A DNA stretch of 24,760 nt from Octopus sinensis (taxonomy: Eukaryota), in assembly GCF_006345805.1 (NCBI RefSeq), contig NW_021836334.1:1-24760 (forward strand), written 5' to 3'. The notes under the pieces were generated by a model. It ran no database searches. It was not told the DNA's origin and saw nothing but the letters and a program-made list of their open reading frames with translations. The translations under genes and the position numbers were made by a program. Positions 10,143-22,060 of this stretch are shown here, piece by piece (positions within the stretch are counted from its first letter, which is position 1; the number at the start of each line of letters is the position of its first letter).

Positions 10143-10358
10143 TCATTGATTTCAAATTTCGGCAAAAGGCCAGCAACTTCGGAAGAGAGTTTAAGTCGAT
10201 TACATCGCCTCAATACTCAACTGTTACTTAATTTACCGACTCTGAAAAGATGAAAGGCAAAGTAGACCTCGGCGGAATTTGAACTCGGAAAGTAAGGAAA
10301 GACGAAATGCTGCTAAGCATTTTGCCCGGAAAGCCAACAATTCTGCCAGCTCGCCACC
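10143..10358 (-). mobile_element. SINE family B, full length (tRNA-derived)
   Basis: Reverse complement ggtggcgagctggcagaattgttgg...aaaatgcttagcagcatttcgtc...gagttcaaattccgccgaggtctactttgcctttcatc, with Pol III A- and B-box-like motifs. Confidence 0.92.
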
Positions 10359-10484
10359 TTACGCTCCAGTAATAGTCTATTATATCACATAAAATGTATG
10401 CATATATGAGTGCGTTGCTTCACTTCAATAAACGAAAGTAGTAAAAGGTGAAAGATGTGTTTTATATATAGGTATATATATGTG

Positions 10485-10517
<33 letters not shown>

Positions 10518-10532
10518 ATCTATATATATATA

Positions 10533-10575
<43 letters not shown>

Positions 10576-10650
10576 CTATATATATATATGTGTGTATATA
10601 TATATAATATATATATGTATGTATATATGTAAATATATATATGTATACGT

Positions 10651-10768
10651 ACATGGTTCCTGGTTCAGTCCCACTGTGTGGTACCTAGGCAAGTGTCTTT
10701 TACTATAGCCTCGGTCAACAAAAGCCTAGTGAGTGGATTTGGTAGACAGAACTGGAAAATTCCGTCGT
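10651..10768 (+). mobile_element. SINE family A 5' portion
   Basis: catggttcctggttcagtcccactgtgtgg...ggcaagtgtcttttactatagcctcgg...gtgagtggatttggtagac, running into (AT)n. Confidence 0.9.
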
Positions 10769-10769
10769 G

Positions 10770-10801
<32 letters not shown>

Positions 10802-10806
10802 GTATG

Positions 10807-10876
<70 letters not shown>

Positions 10877-10889
10877 TATATGTGTTATA

Positions 10890-11010
10890 TCTTTGTCTGT
10901 TGGCCTGGTGTTATAATAGGGGGCCCAAGGTGTTAAGCAGTGAGACTGAACCCGAAACCAGCTGTTTACAACGCGAGCTTCTTTACCATACAGTCATCCA
11001 ACCTTGCACC
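10890..11010 (-). mobile_element. SINE family A head, diverged
   Basis: Reverse complement gactgtatggtaaagaagctcgc...ggtttcgggttcagtctcactgc...accttggg. Confidence 0.7.
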
Positions 11011-11372
11011 TATTTGTGTGTGAGTACATATACATATTCATATATATATGTATATACACGTGTATTTATATGCATACATATGTATTCGTATGCACTTAAA
11101 GATCGATTTCCAGGGTAAATAAACAATCGCTTACGTCCGTTTGAAGCGAGGCAAGACAGGCATTTTAGCATAGATTTCACTTATCTGTCGTGCAAATGTT
11201 TGTTTACTTTGTCTTTCTATCTTATCAGATTTTAAGTTTACGCAAGCTTTTATCTACCTGCCTCCTCATATTTACACACACACACAACCGCGCACGCATA
11301 TACACACTTGTAGTAATATGTATGTATATATATATATATATATATTATGTATTATATTTTATATCATTCTAG

Positions 11373-11457
<85 letters not shown>

Positions 11458-12340
11458 ACATACATACTCACATACATAATCGTGAAAGGTAAGCCTTAGA
11501 TTGTTCTATTGTATAACAAAACACACACGAATATGAGCGCGTGTGTGTATGTGCATGTGTGAGTGTGCGTGTGTGCGTGCAGTGTGACTTTGTGCGTATA
11601 TGTAAATTTGTATATGAATATATGTTTCAAATAGTTTCCTGTGCTTTTACTTTCTCAACTCTATTCATGTCTGTTTATCCTCAGCCAAGGTCGTTTTATA
11701 TTCTTTTCTTCTCAAACATAGGTGACCCTCATAAAATTTGTATAGAGTTTCAAATAATTCTTTTAATCTAGAAAGCTGCTCAAAATATGGCGAGTGGGTT
11801 AGTTCAAGAAGCTTGTTCCTGGTTACCAGAAATGGTTATACGATTTCAGTTGACACTGGAAACCAATTAACTTCGCCAATTAGCTTCAGACTCACACGAA
11901 CATCATTAGATTTCCATACACCAGCTTCTTCCTACAACAGTTAAGATTTTAGATGCTTGTCCGCAGTTCATTGCAAGTTACAACCTATATCCACAGCCGT
12001 CTTACAGGCCACCGGGAAACCCAATGCACTGGACCCTTATGCTTTTTTGTCTATTGACAGTAAGGCTCCGTATACATAGATTACAATTGGACCGGAAGAC
12101 TGCTGAGACCTGCGGGTTTATCAATGCATTAGGCCTTAGAGTTTATTATTTAAAGAGCACAAGCCACAGTTTGCATAGACCAGAGTTGGGTCCCTAGACC
12201 GGTGAAGTTCCTGACAAATCAATATAGTGAGTCCTATAGTTTCTTGAAAGCATGCCACATCATACATATATGCGTGTGCATGTATATTTATGTGCGTGTA
12301 TGTGTGTGTGTGTGCGTGCTTATGTGTGTGGGAGGGACAG

Positions 12341-12465
12341 AAAGACAGCGATAGAGCAAGTACCAGCCATATGAAAACTAAGTAGTGAGGTCCATTTGTT
12401 CGACTAAACCCCATCAAGAAAGTGCCCCATCATGGCCGCAGTCCAATAACTGAAACAAGTAAAAG
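12341..12465 (+). mobile_element. SINE family A 3' portion
   Basis: gatagagcaagtacc...gtccatttgttcgactaaaccc...gtgccccatcatggccgcagtccaataactgaaacaagtaaaag. Confidence 0.8.
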
Positions 12466-12493
12466 GCAGAAATAAAAATTAAAAAAAAGCAGA

Positions 12494-13160
12494 AAGATCA
12501 AAATATGAAGCTATGTCAATTTCCAATCTAAACGAATTTGAAATTGGTGATCAGAGAGTGGAAGTGATGGATGAAATCTGCCGTTTTTAGGATCCGAGGC
12601 TGAAATAAGATGGAGGTGCTGAAACGAAATTAAAAGAAGAATATTTATTGGAAAATCTACAATGATGGGACTAGAGAAAACAATGAAAGATAATAAATAG
12701 GAGTGTCACAGGGAACAAAAGAGAAATTGGCCGAGTAAATGATATATATACAGTTATGATGCTTAGGCGAGAAAGAGAGATAATTAACAAAGAAGATAAA
12801 TGGAAAATTGATGTATTCAGAATGTGGGAGAATTCTTTACAATGGAAAGAAGATGGGAAAAGAGACCCTTGCTAAATAAAGTATTAATTTTCAAACCTAG
12901 ATTAAAATTCTTCGGCAAAATTTATGAAAGCGGAAGCCATAAAGAAAAATTGTTATCTTAGAACTTGAAGGATCAAGAAGAAAAGGGAGAGGACGATGAC
13001 CGTGTATAAGGGGGATAGGTTAAGTGAAAGAAGTGAGTGAAATGGTATATCTCAGTTAGCTTCACAGGTACCTAAGGGAAATGAAAAGCAGGATTAAAGA
13101 CTGCATCAATATATCCATGAGAGGCTCAGATGTTGAGTACAATCTGCGGACACCTAATCT
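12494..13160 (+). mobile_element. Decayed 3' fragment of a BovB-like RTE LINE (end of RT through C-terminus)
   Basis: Frameshifted translation gives EIGDQRVEVMDEIC / FLGS / DGGAE / EIKRRIFIGKSTMMGLEKTMKD / GTKEKLA / IINKEDKWKIDVFRMWE / RLKFFGK / EGSRRKGRGR*PCIRGI. This is collinear with the BovB/RTE-1 consensus IDGETME.V.DFIFLGS...DG...EIKRRLLLG...TKVRLVK...IKKAE...IDAFELW...KLQYFGH...EGRRRRGRQR.RW. Confidence 0.9.
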
Positions 13161-13395
13161 CAGCACAGAGTCAACATTAAGTGAAAAGCTGAAAAGTGGT
13201 TTAACTCTGTAAAAGTCAGTTCACGTAAATGTTCATAGAAACCGCGTTATCATGTATTTTCCCAAGTTAGGGGCCCCTCTAAATATTAGCGTTCAGTGCT
13301 ATTTTCATGACATACAAGTAGTAAAGGTTAATTTTCACCCATAGTTGTTCGCTACTACGAGGACTATGATAAAATTTCCTCACAAGTACAAAATT

Positions 13396-13530
13396 TGGCA
13401 GAGTGGTAGTAGTGTTGTTAAAGCACTGGATAAAATGCTCTATGGCATTTGATTCACTTCATATCTCTTTGAGTTCGAATTTCGCTGAGGTCATCGTTGT
13501 CTTTCATCCTTTTGGGTCGGTAGGAAAAGC
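13396..13530 (+). mobile_element. SINE family B 5' portion, diverged
   Basis: gttaaagcactggataaaatgc...gagttcgaatttcgctgaggtcatcgttgtctttcatccttttgggtcg. Confidence 0.75.
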
Positions 13531-14243
13531 AATAACCCAGGGCAGTAGATTTATGAATGGAGCAGGATGTTTTGCAGTATCTGTTTCAGTTCTTTTCTTT
13601 CTCACAGAAACGCCTGCAGTGATGCTGTGCGGGACTACGTGCCCTTGAGAGCAGCATTCCTTTGGCCATCATATGGAGCGTGGACAAAGATCTTTCATGC
13701 TTTGTTTCTTGCCATTTTTCCAGAAATGTCCTTAACGAAGCAGGCTGGCGCATACCTCTGAGGATATAAATTAATCTTGAATGGCAGAGGCCCTAGACAA
13801 AGTTAGAGTTACTGGTTATTTAAGACGTTAAGTCCCCAGTCTCCCAAACACACTACAAAACACTTGCAAACGATGTCGGGTTTAGCGTATATGTTGGTCA
13901 TTCTACAACTTGCCCGACTGGTTTTTTCACTCTGCTACAGAAATAGAAAGTATTGAAATATTGATTTCATATCCTGTCAAAAGTCGAATACCTTTTGGAC
14001 CCCACCAAGCCCCCAGGAACACCTGTTTGACTCGTAAAACTCTTATTCTAACCCTTTAATTCCCGATATCATTTCTATTCTGTGTCAGTTGGACTTTTTT
14101 TTTATATATAAACACATGTACATTTTTTGTATTAAATGTATTTAAATATTTTTTTGTATATCGACTTGCCTTACTTGCTTATCCTTACATTTACTCACAT
14201 ATATATATGTGTGTATATGTGTGTGCGTGCGTGCGTGCGTGTG

Positions 14244-14274
<31 letters not shown>

Positions 14275-14409
14275 ATATTACTAGTTTCATCTTGTCTCTT
14301 TGTTTTCTCTCCGTGTTGATATATGGACAATTATGGTGGTTTTAAAGTCAGATGATGGCTGGTATTTTCAGCATGGTAGTATCTCGTAGATACCCTAATT
14401 TATAATTTT

Positions 14410-14488
14410 AATATTATATATATACATACATACATATATATATATATACACACACAATATAATATATATATATATATACACACACTAG

Positions 14489-14533
<45 letters not shown>

Positions 14534-14545
14534 ATATATATATAT

Positions 14546-14591
<46 letters not shown>

Positions 14592-14650
14592 TTGCACACA
14601 CACACACACACACGCACAGGCACAGGCACACACGTATATATATATATGCA
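14410..14650. repeat. (AT)n/(AC)n microsatellite field
   Basis: Directly visible. Confidence 0.96.
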
Positions 14651-15279
14651 TATTCATATTGTGTTTTCCTATTCATCTATTTCATTTACATAGAAGAAAT
14701 CCTCACTCGTTGATATATCTTTCTCCCCCAACCCCTCCCGTCTATCAAATTTACACATGACACCCCTCTCCCCTAAGCACCATTCTTTTTTCTTTCCCTC
14801 TACAAACCGTTGCTCTACGAAGCTTTTGTCTTTTCTCATCCTCGCTACACATTTCTTCTTTGTCACATAGGTTAATGCATTTTACCCTGACACACATTTT
14901 TTCTTTCCACATTTAACTGCGCATAATAGCGAAGAAGACGTGTGGCTAAGAAGAGAGAGGGGCTGGGAGTGAATTTCGTAATACCATACACGTTAGTAAA
15001 CCGAGGTTCTGTGTTTATGTCTGAAAGCAGCAAATTACCAATTCGTCAAAATTTCTCGAGACCCTACTTGAAATTACTGTCATCCGTCATATTCTACGTC
15101 GTAGCTTTTTTGGTGTAATTTACTCCGTGTTGCGAGATAAAATATTCTGTTAAAGTTCATGTTGAATAAATATACTTTCATATGTCAAACTGCAGTGCAA
15201 TTGTTTTCATTAAATATTTTAAATTCAGATTTGAATATCAGTCCAAGCGATCACTTGTAAACTGATTGGGATTTACGCA

Positions 15280-15358
15280 TCATATATGATATATATATTA
15301 TAATATATATTTCATATATATATATATATAGTATATATATATATATATTATATATATT

Positions 15359-15414
<56 letters not shown>

Positions 15415-15483
15415 ATATATATATATATATATTCTATATATATATACATATATATTATATATAAATATCCTATATGATATATG

Positions 15484-15530
<47 letters not shown>

Positions 15531-15604
15531 ATACATATATATACATACATACATCACACACATATATATATACATATATATACACACATGTATATATATA
15601 TATA

Positions 15605-15638
<34 letters not shown>
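15280..15638. repeat. Long (AT)n-dominated microsatellite
   Basis: Directly visible. Confidence 0.97.
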
Positions 15639-15640
<2 letters not shown>

Positions 15641-15717
15641 CGGGAAGGTTTACGAAAATAAACAAAAGACGAAGGCAGGTAGAAGACGAAGGCGCTCAGG
15701 AATAGAAATAGAACAAG

Positions 15718-15755
15718 TCTTTTACGTTTCGAGCCTACGCTCTTTGACAGAAAGA
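15718..15755 (-). ncRNA. Minimal type I hammerhead-fold motif with a mutated core (probably inactive in this copy)
   Basis: The minus strand reads TCTTT-CTGTCAAA-GAGC-GTAG-GCTC-GAA-AC-GT-A-AAAGA. Stem I is a perfect 5 bp, stem II is 4 bp with a tetraloop, GAAAC is intact, stem III is the palindrome ACGT and the site is GUA. The 5' core is CUGUCAA instead of CUGANGA. Confidence 0.65.
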
Positions 15756-15804
15756 TACACAGAACAAAAACAAGGAGAGGAAAAAATGCGTGTAGGAGCT
15801 AACG

Positions 15805-16000
<196 letters not shown>

Positions 16001-16012
16001 ATCGGTGGTTGA

Positions 16013-16117
16013 CTACCAAAAAGGAGTCCTCAGTATTGTATTAGAGAGATTAGTAACATATTTGAATTTGGTCGAGTCACTCCCTGCTACTCTGAATTTC
16101 GCCTGTGCGTGCACCGG
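16013..16117 (-). CDS. Candidate exon ([34 protein letters not shown]), unknown
   Basis: Good acceptor catattttcag| followed by a single open frame of 34 codons; no good donor and no recognised homology. Confidence 0.15.
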   Translation of the reverse strand, partial: PVHAQAKFRVAGSDSTKFKYVTNLSNTILRTPFW

Positions 16118-16577
16118 CTGAAAATATGGTCAACATTAGCCATTCTCTATTTTTAGTGTTTTACTTTCTCGTATGTAAATCTTTTCTTTGATAAGAAGGA
16201 GACCGTCTGAAAATGAGAACCTCTCTGCTCAAACCTCAACCATTTGGTTTGTGACGCGGAAGGTCTGAGAACAAACATCACTATGATAAGGACGTCCGAA
16301 ATAACAGATGGGCGAAATAATGATGGGCAAATATACATATATTATCTAAAGTGTGCTATGGGCGTGAATTTTTTTACTTATGATGAGACGATTGCTTCAG
16401 ATAAAGTAATCGGTTGGTCACTTGCAAATTACATATAAGATTAATGAATTATTATTTTGTTACGTTTGCCGCTGTCAACTTTTGAAATGTTACATAAACA
16501 GAGTTTTATCAATCCAAAAACAAAATAAGGCTGAAACTACTCTAAAATTACAAAGCAAAAATGAAAAAGCAAAAACA

Positions 16578-16965
16578 GGCGCAGGAGTGGCTGTGTGGTA
16601 AGTAGCTTGCTTACCAACCACATGCTTCCGGGTTCAGTCCGACTGCGTGGCATCTTGGGCAAGTGTCTTCTACTATAGCCTCGGGTCGACCGAAGCCTTG
16701 TGAGTGGATTTGGTAGACGGAAACTGCCAGAAGCCCGTCGTATGTATGTGTATATGTTTGTGTGCCTGTATTTGTCCCCCAGTATCGCATTACAACCGAT
16801 AATGGTGTGTTTACGTCCCCGTAACTTAGTGGTTCGGCAAAATAGACCGATAGAATAAGTACTAAGCTTACAATGAATCTCCTGGGGTCAATTTGCTCGA
16901 CTAAAGGCGGTGCACCAGCATGGCTGCAGTCAAATGACTGGAACAAGTAAAAGAGTAAAAGAGTA
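16578..16965 (+). mobile_element. SINE family A, full length and well preserved
   Basis: tRNA-like head ggcgcaggagtggctgtgtggtaag (A box)...gggttcagtcc (B box), CORE-like ttgggcaagtgtctt, short internal microsatellite, and a 3' tail ending aagtaaaagagtaaaagagta. Confidence 0.95.
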
Positions 16966-17221
16966 TTATTCGTAAGTTTATTATCAGCCGTACCATGAGA
17001 GTTAAATAATTAAGAAGGTAACACAAACTAATTGGTAATAGCATCCAAATTTGACTCTATGGAAGCAGTTTTGCGGCGAGAGGTTAGTCGAATACACCGC
17101 CCAAGTACTTGACTATGAATGACTCTAAATGTGAAATGGCAGCAACATATGACAAATGAATGCCTTTATGGAGACCTGTCAAAAATTAGCGAAAAAATGA
17201 GGCAAAGACGGCTGCAACTAT

Positions 17222-17238
17222 CCTAACCCTAACCCTAA
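17222..17238. repeat. Short interstitial telomere-like (CCCTAA) tract, about 3 units
   Basis: cctaaccctaaccctaa directly visible. Confidence 0.8.
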
Positions 17239-18035
17239 TTCTGTATACGGAAGTATAAAACAAACAACAAAATATTTGGTATCTTTGAAACGAAACGAGA
17301 AACGAATAAATGGATATTATCCAGGAGATAAAATGAATGAGAGTGAGGAATGCTTCTATATCAAAAGGACCGTATTGAACTTGTAGGTAAGGTCTTATTT
17401 TTAATTGGCGACCTCGCTTCCGAAGCAACAAGCTGATACAGTTGCCTATCATTGAAATATCCCAATTATCTTGTAGCCGTGAGGTTTCTTTGATGAGAGT
17501 GCTTAATTTTAGAATAACATTGTAGGATAGGTGGGAAAGGCCGGATCTGACCGGTTTGGACATAAAACAAGCAGAATATTTAAAGCAGGTATGACCGGTC
17601 TGAATACTAAAGGGTTCAACTGGAGGAAAGGGAGTTGATTGAATTAAAATCATACCGGTTTTTAATATGAGCTCGAATTTGGGGTCTGGGTCCGGTCGAT
17701 TAGGTGAACCCCAATATGTGACTGCTACTTTCTTTATGCACATTTTACTCCTTCTTTGAAATAGGAATGCAAAGAGAGGTAACTACGCACAGAATTGCAC
17801 CCTGTTTAGCATTGCTTTCTCTGTCGTCTGTCATCTATTATAAATACCTAACTTCGTCATACTCGTCTTTGGATTAGATCAGATTGCCTATGACCAGTTC
17901 ACTCCTGGACGAAGGCCTCAACATGTCCTCTCATCCAACTAGGGTCTTTATGCTGGTTTAATGAGCCCTATTTGCCATACTAGCTCGACATGGCTTAGCA
18001 GAGCTGTGCAGTTTGTTTTATACTCTCATCCAGGG

Positions 18036-18186
18036 CGATTAATCGACCCCAGTGCTCAACTGGTGCTTATTCTATCGACTCCGAAGGATGAAAGGTAGTC
18101 AACATCGGCGGAATTTGAACTCAGACGGACGAAATACTGCTAACCATTTCGCCAAGGAGTGCTAACGATTATGTCACTTCACCGCC
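18036..18186 (-). mobile_element. SINE family B, lacking the 3' tail
   Basis: Reverse complement ggcggtgaagtgacataatcgttagcac...gagttcaaattccgccgatg...cctttcatccttcggagtcgatag. Confidence 0.88.
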
Positions 18187-18786
18187 TTCGTCATATGAAA
18201 CTGATACAATATAATAGCAAATTTCTTTATGTCATAAAGATATATATGAGAGAAAGGTTATCCATTCTTACAGAAACATCCGGGCAATTTCTCCACTTGT
18301 GTATTCTAAGAATATCAGGTCAACGAACGACACCGGTGACTTCCTTGTCAAGTATGCGGTGCTTGTGATTAATTGTAATAAAGTTTCGTGAAAGAATGCG
18401 GCGATGGCCTTCTGTTGCTTTCTTCGTGGAGTTCATTCAATTTTTTTAGTTTTTAAATGACTCTCAAGGAGGAAATAGAGAAAAAGAGAGAAAGAGCGGT
18501 GTTGGGGTGATTGAAAAAAAATTGAACCCCTATCCCCAATATTAGGCTGATCGCTTATTTATCACCTTCGAAATGATGAAAAGTAATTTTAACCACGGAA
18601 GAATTTGAACGCATGTTGCTGAGATCCAGAACAAATATCCAATGTTTCAAATATCCCATGCGTCGATACCCCAATAATCCCTCTGCAGACATCTCCTGAT
18701 TCCTGAATTTACCGCTTGAGTTACGGTAATGAATACAAACAAGCATAGAAGTAGATCGTAACAATAAATCGATTACAACTTTTAAT

Positions 18787-19000
18787 TATGGTTTCAGATT
18801 TTGGCACAAGGCCAGCAATTTTAGGGGAAGAAGTTGGTCGATTACATCGAATCCAGTACTTGACTGCTACTTTATGTTATCGAAACGGAAAGGATGAAAG
18901 GCAAAACTGACCTCAGCAGAATTTGAATTAGGATCGTAACGTGAAGAAACACTGCTGTTCATGTTTTTCGACGCACCAACAATACTGCCATCTTGCCGCC
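18787..19000 (-). mobile_element. SINE family B, full length, diverged
   Basis: Collinear with 10143-10358 (ggcacaaggccagcaa, tcgattacatcg, ggatgaaaggcaaa, gaatttgaa, ctgcca..gccgcc). Confidence 0.88.
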
Positions 19001-19052
19001 TTTACAACTTTTACACTGATAGTTTTTGTGTATGTGTCTGTGTGGGTGTATA

Positions 19053-19190
19053 GGCGAGTGGCTAAGGGGTTAGAGTCACGAGTTCAATTTCTGGGCTGAG
19101 AATGAGTTGTGTCCTTGAGCAAGGCACTTCTTTTTGCGTTGATCCATTCTATTCAGTTTTAGTAATTACCAGTCAAGAGCTGGCATCCCC
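19053..19190 (+). mobile_element. SINE family C
   Basis: ggcgagtggctaaggggttagag...gagttcaattt...gtgtccttgagcaaggcactt (CORE-like box). Confidence 0.72.
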
Positions 19191-19698
19191 CTTACATTTC
19201 CAGTTCCAAATCTGAAGGAACTACCCCTATCCTTCTTCCACTGAAAAATAAAAAAAACTAATAGAAGGTGATAGCAGTAATATACTGGAGTCGATGAAGC
19301 AGTGAAGGCATTTGACTTAAAAACTAACAATCAGATTAGAAATAGCCTAAAATTCGCACGAAGGTTTATGTCATAGACACACGCTCATACATACAGATAC
19401 TCATCACTACTTATATCAATGAACTTTTGGTCAAATGCACAATTCTATTATGTATCAACACTAATATTCACTTATAAACACACCAATACAGACAACCGTT
19501 ACTCGCGAACGAGTATGGCTTGGTAATTTGTACTATACTTTCGGTAATTCATATAGGTGTCCATAATTCCATGTAATTGAGAGCAGACAGACATCATTTC
19601 GCCTTACTTACACTTGTCATTGTGTAACTCCCAAGATGCAACGATTTGAAAGAGAATGAAAGAGTGAGAGAGAGTTGTTCTCTCATCATAAACCGGTT

Positions 19699-19820
19699 TC
19701 TTATTTTTGGCTGAATAAACTGGAGCAGCGTGAAACGACACCCCTTGATCAAGACACATCAAGCCACCCAGATTATAAACTGAACTCACAATTTTATGAT
19801 CATGAGCCGAACACACAAGC
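19699..19820 (-). mobile_element. SINE family C, diverged
   Basis: Reverse complement gtgttcggctcatgatcataaaattgtgagttcag...gtgtcttgatcaagg...tttcacgctgctccagtttattcagccaaaaata. Confidence 0.72.
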
Positions 19821-20022
19821 AAATAGCTTATAAGGCCAACACAATAAACTCTTCTCGGCGTAGCTAATCATCAGGCTACGATTACCGTTATGAAGTTTAC
19901 TTGACGTACAGAACGTCAAAGTCAGCCAATGCACGATGTTGAGTCTAATTGAACAGAAAAGAGAATAGCAAAAAATAAAATTAAAAAAACGATAGTGTAA
20001 GATTAGAGAACCAATGAGCGTT

Positions 20023-20061
<39 letters not shown>

Positions 20062-20080
20062 ATTTATATTTATTTTTATA

Positions 20081-20354
20081 ACAGGTACAAGACCTTAACT
20101 GTGAAGTGGCGGCTGCTCAGTTACATCGGCACTTATGCTCCACCGCTATTATTTTATCGACCCTAAAAGATTTGAAAAATGCAATTCGACTTGTGCAGAA
20201 TTTGAACTCAAAAACGTAAACGTAAAGTTATTTTATAGACCCCGAAAGATACGAGAGGCAGATTCGATCTCGGCAGCATTTGAATTCAAGGCACAAAGCC
20301 GGAAGAAATGCCGTGACGCATCTTACGTGCTTACCATTCCGCCAGCTCACCGCC
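20081..20354 (-). mobile_element. SINE family B with an internal ~79-bp duplication
   Basis: Head at 20354 (ggcggtgagctggcggaatggtaagcac); the ttattttat.gaccc...atttgaa.tcaa segment occurs at both 20149-20211 and 20228-20289. Confidence 0.8.
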
Positions 20355-20466
20355 TTCGTGAGCACTAATAATTAAATACAATTATTTGTAATTTTGCCAA
20401 TGATTCTAGAGAATGCCTTCAGTTATTCTTCTCAAATCATTCCTCATTTCCTTTTCTAGCTCTTCA

Positions 20467-20539
<73 letters not shown>

Positions 20540-20645
20540 GTTATTATTATTATTATTGTTATTATTATTATTATTATTATTATTGTTTTTGTTGTTGTTG
20601 TTGTTGTTGTTATTATTATTATTATTATTATATTATTATTATTAT
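20467..20645. repeat. (TAT/TGT)n trinucleotide microsatellite
   Basis: Directly visible. Confidence 0.97.
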
Positions 20646-21010
20646 AAACATATTCGTCAGATGCTATTTAAAATGTGATTAACAAGAATTTAAGTAACTA
20701 TTGTTGTTTTTCGACAGCTTGTCTATATATGCACGGATACGTATTTCTAGGTTATACTACAATATGTCTGTATGTTGATATGAATATAAATGTATGAAAA
20801 TGCGTGTGGAAGTGTGTGCAAAAGGGTGTATGGGTATGTGTGTGATAACCATTTCTGGCTTCGGTTATCCACGAATTACATAAATGTATAGCTAGACACA
20901 TGCACAAACAGGTGGACATGAACTTCAGTAAGTATGCATGGGTTCATGTATGTATGCCTGTATGCATGCATGCCTCTCTCTCTATCTATATATCTATTTG
21001 TCTGTCTGTA

Positions 21011-21044
<34 letters not shown>

Positions 21045-21254
21045 CCTACCTGTCTATATATATATATAGCATAACATATGTTTCAACATAAGGTTACAGT
21101 AATTGCGAAAGTAATATATATATATGTGTGTATATGTGTGTGAGAGTGCGTACGTATTTGTGTTTATCAGTGTGTGTCTGTCTGTGTATCTGTGTGTCTG
21201 TGTCTGTGTAAACCATATGCAACAGTCAGATTTTAACAGAATACAACATGCAAC

Positions 21255-21345
21255 TATTTATATTTCTTTATACAATAGGCACAAGGCCTTAACTGTGCGG
21301 TGGTGGCTGGTCGGTTGCAGCGGCACTAATGCTCCACCATTATTA
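21255..21345 (-). mobile_element. SINE family B variant 3' fragment
   Basis: ggcacaaggccttaactgtg...ggcactaatgctccacc..tattat closely parallels 20081-20150. Confidence 0.65.
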
Positions 21346-21459
21346 TAAGTGTATATGCGCGTATGTCTCATAGACACACACACACACACACACACTCTCA
21401 AATACACACGCACACACACATACAAACACTCACACATATTTTGGCTCGATGACGAAATG

Positions 21460-21685
21460 GTCTGGTGTACCAAAGCGATAGGTTGGTGCGTCAGACGAAA
21501 TGCTTAGCGATATTTTTTTAACTCTTTTCGTGCTGAGCTCAAATCCCGCCGAGGTCAAATTTACTTTTCCTGCATTCAGGGTCGATAAAATGAAATGCCA
21601 CTCATCTACTGGAATCCATACAATCGACTACTCTTTCCCTCTTTAACCGTTGATGTCTTGCCAAAATCAGAAAGGTTTATTATTA
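21460..21685 (+). mobile_element. SINE family B, diverged
   Basis: gacgaaatgcttagcgatattt...gagctcaaatcccgccgaggtcaaattt...cagggtcgataaaatg...acaatcgact. Confidence 0.85.
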
Positions 21686-21712
21686 GTAGTATCATTGTAT
21701 GTTTGCGTGTGC

Positions 21713-21747
<35 letters not shown>

Positions 21748-21753
21748 CATACA

Positions 21754-21787
<34 letters not shown>

Positions 21788-21850
21788 CATACATACATAC
21801 ATACATACATACATACATACATACATACATACATACATACTTACGTACAC
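21713..21850. repeat. (AT)n plus (ATAC)n microsatellite
   Basis: Directly visible. Confidence 0.97.
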
Positions 21851-21876
21851 ACATACATATCTGTGTGTGCTTATAT

Positions 21877-22060
21877 GAAAGCTCGTGGTTTAGTGGTTAG
21901 AGTGCTGGCATTCACGATTGCAAGATCACGATATCGATTTACAAACAGGCGGTGGATTGTACTTTTGAGCAAAGCCCTTCATTTCACATTGCAGTCCATC
22001 CAGCCGTAAAGGGGTCAGACTACGACGGACTGGCCTTACAATCAGAGGGAAACACCAGAC
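21877..22060 (+). mobile_element. SINE family C
   Basis: cgtggtttagtggttagagtgctggcattcacgat (tRNA-like head)...ttgagcaaagcccttcatttcacattgcagtccatccagc. Confidence 0.78.

Noticed and set aside
13640-13800. Faint mariner transposase-like words on the minus strand (YAPAC...*KIFVHAPY versus NAPAH...WEVLPHPPY)
   Set aside because: Flanking residues do not fit (no SPDLAPSD), and no TIRs were seen.
17325-17392. Exon-like segment with donor TAG|gtaagg (DKMNESEECFYIKRTVLNL*)
   Set aside because: Purine-rich acceptor region, the frame ends in a stop, and no partner exons.
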